From positions 4,350-68,349 of the forward strand of contig DATKZY010000096.1 of NCBI GenBank assembly GCA_035527715.1: 64,000 nucleotides of DNA, in the 5' to 3' direction. The stretch's first letter is position 1. Each line of letters opens with the position of its first letter. This document shows, piece by piece, positions 36,880 to 46,400 of the stretch. Under the pieces are notes generated by a model that was not told where the DNA came from, made no database searches, and saw only the letters and a program-made list of their open reading frames with translations. Origin of the DNA: Planctomycetota bacterium. GTDB taxonomy: Bacteria > Planctomycetota > PUPC01 > DSUN01. The position numbers and the translations under genes are program-made.

Positions 36880-37151
36880 GCCTTGTTCCTTTCAGGCCAG
36901 CGGAAGTGGAGGAAGAGGCGGCCCCAGTTCTTCGAATCGTGGTCAATGTTGCGCGTGACGGCTTTGACCTGCGGCTCCTTGAGGAAGCGGTCCACGCGGC
37001 GCTTGAGCTGTCCCGTGCCCTTGCCGTGGACGATCTGGAGACATTTTACCCGGAGGCGCCGGGCCTCGTCGAATGCCTCGCGCAGGGTCGCCTCAATCGC
37101 CCGCCCGTCGCGGGCCACCGCGTGCAGGTCAATCTTGACCTCGCTGGGCAT
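36876..37151 (-). CDS. Smr-domain protein
   Basis: KIDLHAV...LQIVHGKGTGQLKRRVDRFLK matches the Smr consensus (DLHG...IIHGKGTG.L). Start at MPSEVKIDLH (CAT at 37149-37151). Confidence 0.65.
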   Translation of the reverse strand: MPSEVKIDLHAVARDGRAIEATLREAFDEARRLRVKCLQIVHGKGTGQLKRRVDRFLKEPQVKAVTRNIDHDSKNWGRLFLHFRWPERNKA

Positions 37152-37379
37152 GGAGCGCCTCCTCGATGTCCTGCCCAATCCAGAGCGGCGTCGAGCCGCC
37201 GCACTCCGAAGGGCTGCCGCACGTTCTAGGAGGCGGCGCCGGTTCGAGGGCGGAGCAGCCTCGACTGTGCCCCCATGATAGCCACCCACGTCTTGAGACG
37301 CCAATCCGCTCCAGGAGATGCGTGAGCCTTTGGGAGTGCGGCGGCTCGACGCCGCTTTTTCTCAGGGACGCGCTTCCCC

Positions 37380-38459
37380 CTATCGCTTCCGCCCACGCGC
37401 CTCCTCGTCAATCACCCGCGAGATGGCCAGCATGTTGGCCTGCCAGCGGCCATCGGGAATGTCCTCGGTGATGCCGATGATCAGGCGATTACCCGGGGCA
37501 GCCTCGCGGAGGACCTGCCGCGTCGTCGCCTCGATCTTCTCGATCGAGGCCAGGTGGAGCGACGAGGGGAAGTTGATCCAGAGCACCTTGCCCGGCCAGG
37601 CGGCCAACGCGTCGGTCGCGCTCATGTCCGTGTCGGGCGACGGGGTGAATGCCTCGACGTAGTCGAGGCCCGAGCCCGCCACGGCCTTCGCCCAGAGGCG
37701 GTTGTTGCCGTCGAGGTGGGCGCCCACGAGCTTGCCGTGGCGGTGGAAGACTTCCGCCGCCTCGTTGTAGAGGGGCACGACGTATCGCTCGAAGCGCTCC
37801 TTGCCCATGACCTCGGGCACCTCGTTGCCGCCGTAGTTGGCGTGGAGCGCGGGCGAGGCGGCGACGAGGGGGTAGATGCGGCGCTGCTGCTCGACCATGG
37901 CGTCGTAGAGCCGCAGCACCTCGTCGCGGCGCTCGGCCCACTCGACGGCGAACGCCTCGTGGCCCATCCAGTGGATCATGATCTCGTGGAGCGGCGTGAG
38001 GCCAATGCCGGCGCGGAGGATGAAGTCCTCGCCGAGCATCGCTTCGGCCTCGGCAAACGCCTCGTAGGCCGGCTCGTGGCGCTGGTCGTTGACCAGGAAG
38101 AGCAGCGGCCTGTAGTCCTCGGGCCGCTTGAAGAGTCGCTCGAGCTTCCACGACGTGAAGCCCGCGGGCTGGTCGAGGCTCGTGAGGTCCCCGACGGGCG
38201 TGTGGATGAGCGTCCGCACCCGCTCCTTGCCGTCCTCGGTGTAGCGGCGGGACTCGGTGGTCACGTTGGGCCGGGTGGTGTTTACCACGCCGCAGCGGTG
38301 GACGATGCAGAGGCCGTCGTTCCGCAGTTGCCGCTCGACGACGCACTGGGGCACCATGCCCTGGTACATCGTCAGCGGCGTCTTGTCGGGCACTTCCTGC
38401 CGCAGCACCATCTCGACCCGGCGGCGGGGGGTGGTTTCGGCTGGCGAGCGTTTCCTCAT
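37380..38459 (-). CDS. URO-D family protein, paralogue 2
   Basis: 359-aa ORF similar in style to 31684-32730. The start is uncertain; an internal MVLRQEV is the alternative. Confidence 0.65.
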   Translation of the reverse strand: MRKRSPAETTPRRRVEMVLRQEVPDKTPLTMYQGMVPQCVVERQLRNDGLCIVHRCGVVNTTRPNVTTESRRYTEDGKERVRTLIHTPVGDLTSLDQPAGFTSWKLERLFKRPEDYRPLLFLVNDQRHEPAYEAFAEAEAMLGEDFILRAGIGLTPLHEIMIHWMGHEAFAVEWAERRDEVLRLYDAMVEQQRRIYPLVAASPALHANYGGNEVPEVMGKERFERYVVPLYNEAAEVFHRHGKLVGAHLDGNNRLWAKAVAGSGLDYVEAFTPSPDTDMSATDALAAWPGKVLWINFPSSLHLASIEKIEATTRQVLREAAPGNRLIIGITEDIPDGRWQANMLAISRVIDEEARGRKR

Positions 38460-38503
38460 GGGGGTTCCTCGGCCGTCGGGGGGCGTTCAAAGCTTCCCGC
38501 GTC

Positions 38504-38845
38504 TCACTTGTCCCCAACGATCTCGTTGAGGCCCTCGACCACCTGGCTGACTTCTTCGGGGGAGAGGCGACCGAGGCGGGCGCCAAGGCGCTGGATGGAC
38601 AGTGTGCGAATCTGGCTGATCTTCACCCACGATTGCTTGGGAAGCCGCGCGCTGTGGATTTCAAGCGTGAGCGGGAAACCCAGGCGCGAAGGCTGGCTGG
38701 TGATAGCCACTGCAATGACAATTCCCATGCGCTCGTTGAACACCTCATGGCTCAGGATCAGCACGGGGCGGAACCCGGCTTGCTCGTGGCCTCGCACAGG
38801 GTCAAGGTCGGCCCAGAAGACGTCCCCTCTCAGTATTCGGGCCAT
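38504..38845 (-). CDS. mazF: MazF/PemK-family endoribonuclease toxin
   Basis: MARILRGDVFWADLDPVRGHEQAGFRPVLILS is the classic PemK/MazF N-terminus. 113 aa. Confidence 0.8.
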   Translation of the reverse strand: MARILRGDVFWADLDPVRGHEQAGFRPVLILSHEVFNERMGIVIAVAITSQPSRLGFPLTLEIHSARLPKQSWVKISQIRTLSIQRLGARLGRLSPEEVSQVVEGLNEIVGDK

Positions 38846-39072
38846 TCCTCCATGTCCTTGGCAAAGCCCTCCTCCGCCATGGCTTGCTCGAGCTTGGGGT
38901 CTGCTTTGGCGCACTCGCGGGCCAGCCGGGTGTGTTCCAGCCTCTCGATCTTCTCGCGCAGGGCGCTGCGCACGGCCTGGCTGCGATTGGGGAAGACGCG
39001 GGTCTTGACCAGGCGGTCCACCTTGGCCAGAAGCTCGCTCTCCAGGGAAATGGCGATCTTTGCGGTGCTCAT
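38830..39072 (-). CDS. RHH/CopG-like antitoxin (MazE-like) partner of MazF
   Basis: 80-aa protein MSTAKIAISLESELLAKVDRLVKTRVFPNRSQAVRSALRE (ribbon-helix-helix), overlapping the toxin start by 16 nt. Confidence 0.75.
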   Translation of the reverse strand: MSTAKIAISLESELLAKVDRLVKTRVFPNRSQAVRSALREKIERLEHTRLARECAKADPKLEQAMAEEGFAKDMEEWPEY

Positions 39073-39137
39073 GGCCTGCCTCCGGTAGTACCAGCCATCA
39101 TACCACGACTGGGCCGCCTGTCAAGTGCCATCGGCGC

Positions 39138-40511
39138 TCATGGCTGCTCGTCCCGCTCGAGGGGCGCGGAGTACGGTTCGCCGGCGAAGAAGCCCCTGGT
39201 GAGCTTGACGACGAGCCCGCTGAGGACGACGAGCGCGATCAGGTTCGGGATGGCCATGAACGTGTTGAGCAGGTCGGAGACCTCCCACACCCGCTCGAGC
39301 TTCCAGAGCGCGCCGACGATGATCAGCGGCAGCCAGAGGACGCGGTAGGCCATGCGGGTGGCGCGTCCGTGGCCGAGCAGGTACGCGGCGCACGTCTCGC
39401 CGTAGAAGCACCAGGCGAGGTTGGTGTCGTAGGCCGTGAGGATCATGGAGAGCACGACGAGGGAGAAGCCGATCTTGTCGCCGAACGTGTGGGCGAAGGC
39501 GTTCATGGTGAGGGTGGCGCCGGTCTCGCCGCTCTCCCACGCGCCGGTGAGCAGGATGACGAGGGCGGTCATCGAGCAGATGACGAGGGTGTCGACGAAG
39601 ACCTCGAAGATGCCCCACATGCCCTGGCGGGCGGGATGGTCGGTCATGGCGGTGGCGTGGGCGATGGGGGCGCTGCCGAGGCCGGCCTCGTTGCTGAACG
39701 CCCCGCGCGCCAGGCCGTAGCGCATGGCCCTCATTATCGCCATGCCGAGGAAGCCGCCGCCTGCCGCCTTCAGCGAGAACGCCTCCCTGACCACCAGCCC
39801 AAGCACGCCAGGGATCTTGCCCGCGTGGAGCAGGATCACCACGAAGGCGGCGAGCATGTAGAGGATGCACATGAACGGGACGCACACGATGGCCACATGG
39901 GCGATGCGCTTGATCCCACCGACCGTCACCAGGCCCACCGCCACGACGAGGAGGAGGCCGGTGAGCCAGGGCGCCACGCCGAACCTCTTCATGCCGTCGG
40001 CCACCGAGTTCGACTGCACCATGTTGCCGATGCCGAAGGCGGCGGCGGCGCCGAAGATCGCGAAGGCCGCCGCCAGCCACCCCCACGCACGGCCCATGCC
40101 GCGGCGGATGTACATCATCGGGCCGCCCACCATCGGCCCGCCCGGCTCGCGCCGCCGGTAGTGCAGGCCGAGAACGACCTCCGCGAACTTCGTCCCCATC
40201 CCCAACAGGCCCGAGATCCACATCCAGAAGATGGCCCCCGGCCCGCCCGAGGCGATCGCGGTCGCCACCCCCGCGATGTTCCCAACCCCCACCGTGCCGC
40301 CCATGGCCACAGTCATGGCCTGGAATGGCGTCACGTCCCCTTCCGCTCCCGGCTCATGACGGAACGCCCTGCCGATCGTCTCCCGCCACATCCGGCCGAA
40401 CCGTGCAAACTGGATGAACCGCGTGCGGATGGCGAGGAACACTCCGACGCCGACCAGCGCGATCCACACCCCCGCATCAACGTTGTTCTTCAGGCACGTC
40501 AGCCAGTCCAT
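39138..40511 (-). CDS. Alanine/glycine:cation symporter (AGCS family)
   Basis: MDWLTCLKNNVDAGVWIALVGVGVFLAIRTRFIQF, GGPGAIFWMWISGLLGMGTKFAE and at least 11 TM helices, as in AGCS transporters. Confidence 0.85.
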   Translation of the reverse strand: MDWLTCLKNNVDAGVWIALVGVGVFLAIRTRFIQFARFGRMWRETIGRAFRHEPGAEGDVTPFQAMTVAMGGTVGVGNIAGVATAIASGGPGAIFWMWISGLLGMGTKFAEVVLGLHYRRREPGGPMVGGPMMYIRRGMGRAWGWLAAAFAIFGAAAAFGIGNMVQSNSVADGMKRFGVAPWLTGLLLVVAVGLVTVGGIKRIAHVAIVCVPFMCILYMLAAFVVILLHAGKIPGVLGLVVREAFSLKAAGGGFLGMAIMRAMRYGLARGAFSNEAGLGSAPIAHATAMTDHPARQGMWGIFEVFVDTLVICSMTALVILLTGAWESGETGATLTMNAFAHTFGDKIGFSLVVLSMILTAYDTNLAWCFYGETCAAYLLGHGRATRMAYRVLWLPLIIVGALWKLERVWEVSDLLNTFMAIPNLIALVVLSGLVVKLTRGFFAGEPYSAPLERDEQP

Positions 40512-41827
40512 CAGCGGGTCCCTTTCCTGAATTGCCGGAGCCGCGGGCCCTGCGCCTCGATGAGGGCGTCGAGGAGGGGCTCGACCTCGCGGAAGTTGAG
40601 GACCATGGGGTCGCAGGCTAATGCCTGAAGGGCCTTGGCGCGGCTGCCCTCGAGGGCGGCGTCCACGAGAAGCTCGTGGGCGTGGACCTGGGCGAGGCTC
40701 CAGCGGGCGGCCTGCGGGGGCAGGTCGCCGACGAAGAGGGGCGTCGCGCCCCGCGAGCTGATGACGGCCTTCAGCTCGATCACCGCCCAGTCGGGCAGGT
40801 TCGGCACGGCGCCGCGATTGGGGGTGTTGACGTAGTGCAGCTTCTCGATGCCAAGGGCGAGGGAGCGGATCTGCTCGCCCATGCTCTCGGGCGACACGCC
40901 GGTCGGCACCGCGGGCGGGAGCTTGCCTTTCGCGCGAAGCTCGATGTTCAGCGGCTCCTTGCTCAGCTCGCGTGCGAGGGCGCCCTCCTCGATGGTCTTC
41001 GACCGCCAGCGCATGCCGTAGAGCAGCTCCTCGGGCTTCGTGGCGAGGCGCGCGTGGGGGAAGAACTCGACCATGTGGCGGTCGCCCGCGATGGGATAGA
41101 GGTCGAGGAGCGCGAGCACCTCGCGGGCGAAGGTGCGCGTCGGCTCGGGCGCCGCGGCCAGGATGCGGCGTTTCAGTTCGGGATAGACGTCGCGCCCCTC
41201 GTGGCGGATGCCCAGCAGCCAGAGGATGTGGTTCGGGCCGACGGCGGTGACCTCCAGCTCCCCGGCCGGCACCCCGAGCACCTTGGCGAACCACTGGGTC
41301 TCGTGGGCCACGTTGTGGCAGTAGCCGATGGTCTCGATGCCCGTGGCCTTGATCACCGCGCGGCAAATGGGGTCCATCGGGTTCGAGTGGTTGAGCAGGA
41401 CGACGCCGGGGCAGTAGCGCGTCATCTGGACGGCGATGTCAACGAAAATCGGGATGATGCGCAGGCCCTGCGAGATGCCCGCGGGGCCGACCGTGTCGCC
41501 CGTGGTGTGGACGATGCCGAGGCGGGCGACGGCATCCACGTCGGCCTTGTGCCAGCGCTGGCCCGGGCCGTGGACGCCGATGGAGGCGATGGCGAAGTCG
41601 GCGCCGTCGAGCGCGCGCGGCAGGTCGGTCGTCGCCGTGAGCTTGAGCTTCGCCCCAACCGCCTCGACGATGCGCTGCCCCGCTCGGCGCACGAGGCTCA
41701 TCCGCCTCGGGTCAATGTCGTAGAGCACGACCGAGCAGCCGGCCAGCTCGGGCGTGGTCGCCAGTTCGCCGATGACCGTCTCGAAATAGTGGCTGCCGCC
41801 GCCGAGGAGCACGATCTTGCGCTTCAT
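40511..41827 (-). CDS. Glycoside hydrolase family 4 (NAD+/Mn2+-dependent glycosidase)
   Basis: MKRKIVLLGGGSHYF Rossmann N-terminus, GYCHN, and a GH4-like C-terminal domain. One-nucleotide overlap with the symporter start. Confidence 0.85.
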   Translation of the reverse strand: MKRKIVLLGGGSHYFETVIGELATTPELAGCSVVLYDIDPRRMSLVRRAGQRIVEAVGAKLKLTATTDLPRALDGADFAIASIGVHGPGQRWHKADVDAVARLGIVHTTGDTVGPAGISQGLRIIPIFVDIAVQMTRYCPGVVLLNHSNPMDPICRAVIKATGIETIGYCHNVAHETQWFAKVLGVPAGELEVTAVGPNHILWLLGIRHEGRDVYPELKRRILAAAPEPTRTFAREVLALLDLYPIAGDRHMVEFFPHARLATKPEELLYGMRWRSKTIEEGALARELSKEPLNIELRAKGKLPPAVPTGVSPESMGEQIRSLALGIEKLHYVNTPNRGAVPNLPDWAVIELKAVISSRGATPLFVGDLPPQAARWSLAQVHAHELLVDAALEGSRAKALQALACDPMVLNFREVEPLLDALIEAQGPRLRQFRKGTR

Positions 41828-41863
41828 CAGGGCCTCTCTTCCCACGGAGCACGCGCCGCACTC

Positions 41864-41899
41864 GATGGGACGCATGGGACGAATGGGACCGATGGGACC
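41864..41899. repeat. 4 x 9-bp tandem repeat (GATGGGACG CATGGGACG AATGGGACC GATGGGACC) in the 5' region of the GH4 gene
   Basis: Direct visual repeat between the GH4 start (41827) and the WD40 stop (41925). Confidence 0.6.
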
Positions 41900-41904
41900 C
41901 GTCT

Positions 41905-41925
41905 TGCGAGTCACGGGTCACGCGT
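41905..41925. repeat. GTCACGGGTCACGCGTCA motif, a member of the GTGACGCGTGAC hairpin family
   Basis: Same sequence as the arms of the 8197-8278 and 12262-12345 hairpins. It lies directly after the WD40 stop. Confidence 0.5.
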
Positions 41926-42878
41926 CATTTCCTCACCTCCCACAGGTTGATCGTGCGGTCCTCGCTCCCGCTGGCGAGGGTCTTGCCGTCGGGGGAGAAG
42001 GCGAGGGCCGAGATGGCGCCCTTGTGGCCCTTGAGCGTGGCAAGGAGCTGCGCGGTCTGCGGGCACCAGAGCTTCACGGCGCCCTCGGGGCCGCCGGTGG
42101 CCAGGAGCTTGCTGTCGGGCGAGAAGGCGAGCGGCGTGTTGGGCGCGCAGTGGGGCAGCGTGCGGAGGAGCTTGCCGCCCCGGGGGGCGAAGAGCCGCAC
42201 GGTGGCCGAATCGCTGCCGCTGGCCAGCATCGTGCCGTCGGGGGAGAAGGCGACGGTGACTTTGCCCTTTCCGATGTAGGGCGAGGCGGCCGGGGTGCCC
42301 GTGCCCACGCCCCAGAGGATGAGCCTGCCGAAGCGCCCCCCGCCCGCGAGCACCATCCCGTCGGGCGAGAAGGCCACCGAGTGCGCGCCCCAGCGAATGG
42401 TCATCGCGTGGAGCACCTCGCCTTTGTCCACGCCCCAGAGCCGCACCGCCTCATCGCCGTCGCAGGCGGTGGCGAGCAGCTTGCCGTCGCGGGAGATGGC
42501 CACGGCATTCACCCCGCCCTTGTGCCTGGCGAGGGCGCGGAGCGTCTTGCCCGAGGCGGGGTCGAGGAGGCGCAGCGTCGCGTCCCCGCCACCCACCGCC
42601 AGCGTCTTGCCGTCGCGCGACAGGGCGAGGCACGACACGCTGCCCTTCTCGCCCCGGATGCTCTGCTTCAGCTCGCCCGACGCAGCGTCCCAGAGGCACA
42701 GCGTCGCGTCCACGTAGCTCCCCGCGCTCAGGAGCGTCTTGCCGTCGGGCGTGAAGGCCAGGCCGCCGATGAGCGACATGTGGCCCTCGAGCGTCAGCAC
42801 CGGCTCGGGCGAGGCCGGTTCCTCCCCGGCGAACGCGGCGGAGAGCGCCGCAAGCGCAAGCAGCAGCGTCCTCGACAT
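41925..42878 (-). CDS. WD40-repeat secreted protein
   Basis: Signal MSRTLLLALAALSAAFAGE. Seven WD-like blades follow (LAFSPDGKTLASGS, LWDAASG, LWEV). Confidence 0.75.
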   Translation of the reverse strand: MSRTLLLALAALSAAFAGEEPASPEPVLTLEGHMSLIGGLAFTPDGKTLLSAGSYVDATLCLWDAASGELKQSIRGEKGSVSCLALSRDGKTLAVGGGDATLRLLDPASGKTLRALARHKGGVNAVAISRDGKLLATACDGDEAVRLWGVDKGEVLHAMTIRWGAHSVAFSPDGMVLAGGGRFGRLILWGVGTGTPAASPYIGKGKVTVAFSPDGTMLASGSDSATVRLFAPRGGKLLRTLPHCAPNTPLAFSPDSKLLATGGPEGAVKLWCPQTAQLLATLKGHKGAISALAFSPDGKTLASGSEDRTINLWEVRK

Positions 42879-43044
42879 TCTGGCCACCCAGCCAACCCTC
42901 CATTCATCCACCCATCCATTCCCTTGGCGGCCCCTATGGTATGCAGAACGGGGCGGGCCGTCAACACGGGGGGACGCCTGAGACTACTGCCCACTCTCCC
43001 GCCAGCGCCTTTGCTCTCCCCCGGCCGTCGCTCTCTCAGATTCA

Positions 43045-43084
43045 CAGAATGCCAACTGCCCCTCTCAGGGGTTGGCATTCTGAG
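43045..43084. promoter_or_regulatory. Hairpin CAGAATGCCAAC-tgcccctctcagggg-TTGGCATTCTGAG
   Basis: 12-bp perfect stem in the divergent intergenic region between the WD40 gene and the large heparinase II/III-like gene. Confidence 0.5.
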
Positions 43085-43124
43085 AACTCCTGGCCGGACG
43101 CAGCCGGATCGCCGATTTGCACAC

Positions 43125-43164
43125 AATGCCAACATCGCCCGGGCGAGGAGCTTGGCATTCTGAG
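43125..43164. promoter_or_regulatory. Second hairpin sharing the TTGGCATTCTGAGA arm (AATGCCAAC...CTTGGCATTCTGAG)
   Basis: Imperfect copy of the first hairpin 80 bp downstream. Confidence 0.45.
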
Positions 43165-43339
43165 ACCGGCGGAGGGGGCCTGGCGCCCCATTCGGAAGAC
43201 CCGTCGCGTAACCATATCGCGTGCTTGATCTTACGCCGACACGCCCGCGAATCGCCGATTCCACGCCTTCTGCCTGGCCCGTATCTCCTCTCCCTTCCCT
43301 GAGGGCGATGCACACCGGCGGCAGGCGGAGTAAAGGCGA

Positions 43340-43368
43340 CTTGACCCGCCCGTGCTGGGCAGCTATGC
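43340..43368 (+). promoter_or_regulatory. Sigma70-like promoter: TTGACC, 17-nt spacer, TATGCT
   Basis: TTGACC at 43340-43345 and TATGCT at 43363-43368, upstream of the heparinase II/III-like gene. Confidence 0.55.
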
Positions 43369-43387
43369 TCAGAGGGCGATGCAGCAA

Positions 43388-43415
43388 GTTCCGCGTGCAA
43401 GTGTGCACGCCCTAC
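43388..43415 (-). repeat. Solo REP element (reverse orientation) of the family that flanks the RAYT gene
   Basis: GTTCCGCGTGCAAGTGTGCACGCCCTAC is the reverse complement of GTAGGGCGTGCATACTTGCACGCGGAAC with 2 mismatches. It lies in the 5' UTR between the promoter and the start. Confidence 0.7.
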
Positions 43416-43441
43416 CCAAGAACGGATAGGAGGTCCCTGCC

Positions 43442-46400
43442 TTGTCAAGAACTCTGACCTCACTATTGGCCGTGATGATTCTCGCTTCAATGCTAGCGCT
43501 TACTCGCGCCGGGGAGTACGACACCGGCGGCGCGCTGGCGGGCTACAGGCTGCCGCCGTTCCCGACACAACACGGCGAGAAGCCAGGACAGCCAGGGGAG
43601 CTGCCAGGGAAGCATGACAGCGACCCGCTCGCGCCCTGCTTCGAGCTGAACCCCGGCTCGCCCGAGCTGTACCGCAACTACTGGTTCAAGTACTGCCCGT
43701 CCCGCAGCTTCTTCGACCGGCAGAGCAAGCTCAAGGGCTGGGTGGCGCCGAACATCCCCGGGGCGGCGAAGGCCGAGGACTACGCCACGCCGCTCTACTG
43801 GGTGCCGCGCCACGAGGCCGTGGTGAACACGGGGCTGAAGTGGAAGGCCCTGCCAGTCGTCCGCTGCTCCGTCGGCTCGCCCGTCCTCAAGCTCGACCTC
43901 GGGGAACTGGAGATCGGCGTCTACGCCATTCGGCTCGTCGCCGCCGTGCCCACGGAGCAGCTCAAGCCGTTCCGCACCCCGCTCTACGTGCGGGCGAAGA
44001 TCAACGACGGGCCGAAGGGCGCGACCAACACCTATCGCCTGCGCCTCGGCTATTGCGACGAGTTCTACAGCATCGCCGAAATCTACTTTCACGCCGACGA
44101 GAAGCGGCGGTTCAACGCCGAGGTCGCGGTGGACGAGGGGAGCGGAGTGGAGATGCTGCTCCACGAAATCTCGCTGGACGATGCGCTGGCGGGCGTCGAG
44201 CGCCGCGCCATCAAGTCGCGCACCACCCTGCCCGAGGCCCGGCCGCCCGCGCCTTCCAACGTGGAGCCGCCGAAGGAGCAGCGGCTCTCCCGCGACGCCG
44301 AGGTCTGGCTCGCCTTCCCCCACGACAACGCCCAGGCATTCGGCCACGGCTGGATGGGCGGCGACGAGCACACCCTCCGCCGGAACGTCGCCATCGGCGT
44401 CCCAGGCAAGACCGCGAGGGAAATCGCCGACGAGTTCGGCGACTGGCGGCCCGGCAAGGGCGACGTCTTCCTCGTCAACAAGAAGCTCCAGCTCGAATAT
44501 ACCGTGGCCGACTACCGCAAGGGCCTGCCCCTGCCCGCCCCCTATCCCTATCGCGACGACGGCGCCGGCCTCTTCTTCCCCGACCCCGCCGATCCGGGCA
44601 AGGGGCACCTCTGGGCGCCCATCGCCAACGAGGTGCAGAGCCGCTTCCGCAACTACTGCGGCACCCTCGTGCGGCGGAACGTGGACAAGTTTCTCAAGAC
44701 GGGCGACACCAACGCCGCCCGCGAGGCCGCCGTCGCCCTGGCCCGCTGGGCCTACGCCTTCCCCACCATTGACGCCGCGAACTTCCTCCTCTACGTCACC
44801 CGCGACCCCGGCCCCTACGGCCGCGACATCCGCTGCCGCCGCCGCGACTCCACGGCCACCTTCTACCCCCACTACCCGCTCTACGTGGACCCCATTCTCT
44901 ACGACTACGACCGTCTGTTCGACTTCATCAAGGGCAACGCCGAGCTGGCCGAATCCATCGGCCGCTTCGTCCCCTGGGTCAAGACGCCGCAGGACGTGGT
45001 GAAGCTGATTGACGCCTATCTCGTGCAGACGACGGCCAAGCGCATCCTCCGCTATCACTACTACACCGACCCGATGGACATCGCGAATGCGGCGGCAGTC
45101 GTTGGCGACACAAAGGTTACAGACCCGTGGATGGAGTGGCTGTTCTCCAAGACCTTCATCTACCCCCTGCCGCCGGTCGGCATCGCCGACGCGATGATCA
45201 CGGGGTGCTGCCGCGACGGCTGCGAGTACATCGGCTCGACCTTCTACGCCGGGGGCGAGGGGGCGTCGCGCGTGGCCGAATCGCTCGAGCGCTATCTCAC
45301 GGCCGGTGGCAACCGCAAGTACGACCTCAGCGACAAGGCGCGCTACCCGAAGCCCGTCGCCCACTGCACCTGGCGGCTCAAGAACGTCGTGGCCGGCTGG
45401 GACTTCGTGCGCATCGGCGACGTCTGCGGCCCCGACAAGGTGGCGGGCCACACCCTTCGCGACCTCGGCTTCGCCCGCAACGGCTGGGAGTGGACGGCCG
45501 ATCCCCGCTTCGCCTTCATCCTCAAGCACACCATCGGCCGCAAGGAGGAATCGGACGACGATTGGGCGAAGATCGAGGCGGCCGCGGCCAAGCTCAAGCG
45601 CGCCCCGTGGCTCGACCTCCGCTCGCGCGTCATGCCCATGTGGGCGGGCGTGCTCGAGAGCGGCCTCGAGCACGACGACCCGCGTTTCCGCCGCGCCGCC
45701 TACGTGCGCGTCGGCTTCGGCATCGGCCACCAGCACGCCGACACGATGGACCTCCAGGTCATCGCCCAGGGCTGCCCCGCGACGATGGACGGCGGCCAGC
45801 GGCCCGGCTACTCCAGCCCGGGCGACGGCACGACTCGCGTGCACAACGTCGTCGAGGTGGATGGCAAGGGCTTCCAGGGCTACTCGTGGGTGCGGGCCCT
45901 CGCCGACACCCCCGGCGCCCGCTACCTCGCGGCCGAGGCCGAGCCGCCGGAGGGGGCGACGCTCTTCCGCCGCCAGGTCGCGCTCATTGACGTGGACGAG
46001 GGGCAAGGCTCAAAGCCCCTGCCCATCGAGGCCCAGAAGCCCGGCTCCAAGCTGCCCGCGGGCGTGACGCCCGCGAACTCCTACGTCTTCGACGTCTTCC
46101 GCGTCGCCGGCGGCAAGACCCACACCTACTGCTTCCACGCGACGGTCGAGGACGACTTCCAGTGGAACGTGGCCGACGCGAAGCCCGTGGCCGAAGACGA
46201 CGCGAGCGAGGTCGGCCAGTACCTCGACAGGTTCAAGAGCCTGCCCCAGAAGCGCTTCGCGGGCACCGCGCCCGACCTCCTGGAGGCCACCTGGCGCCAG
46301 ACGCGCGAGCCGCGGCTCTTCGGCAACGAGGGCATGCACCGCCGCCCGAACTTCTCCGACGACCTGCCCCGCCGCTTCACCCGCCTCCACCTGCTCGATG

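Noticed and set aside
43071-43080. TTGGCA in the hairpin arms considered as a sigma54 -24 element
   Set aside because: No TTGC -12 element at the required spacing, and the motif is part of a palindromic stem.
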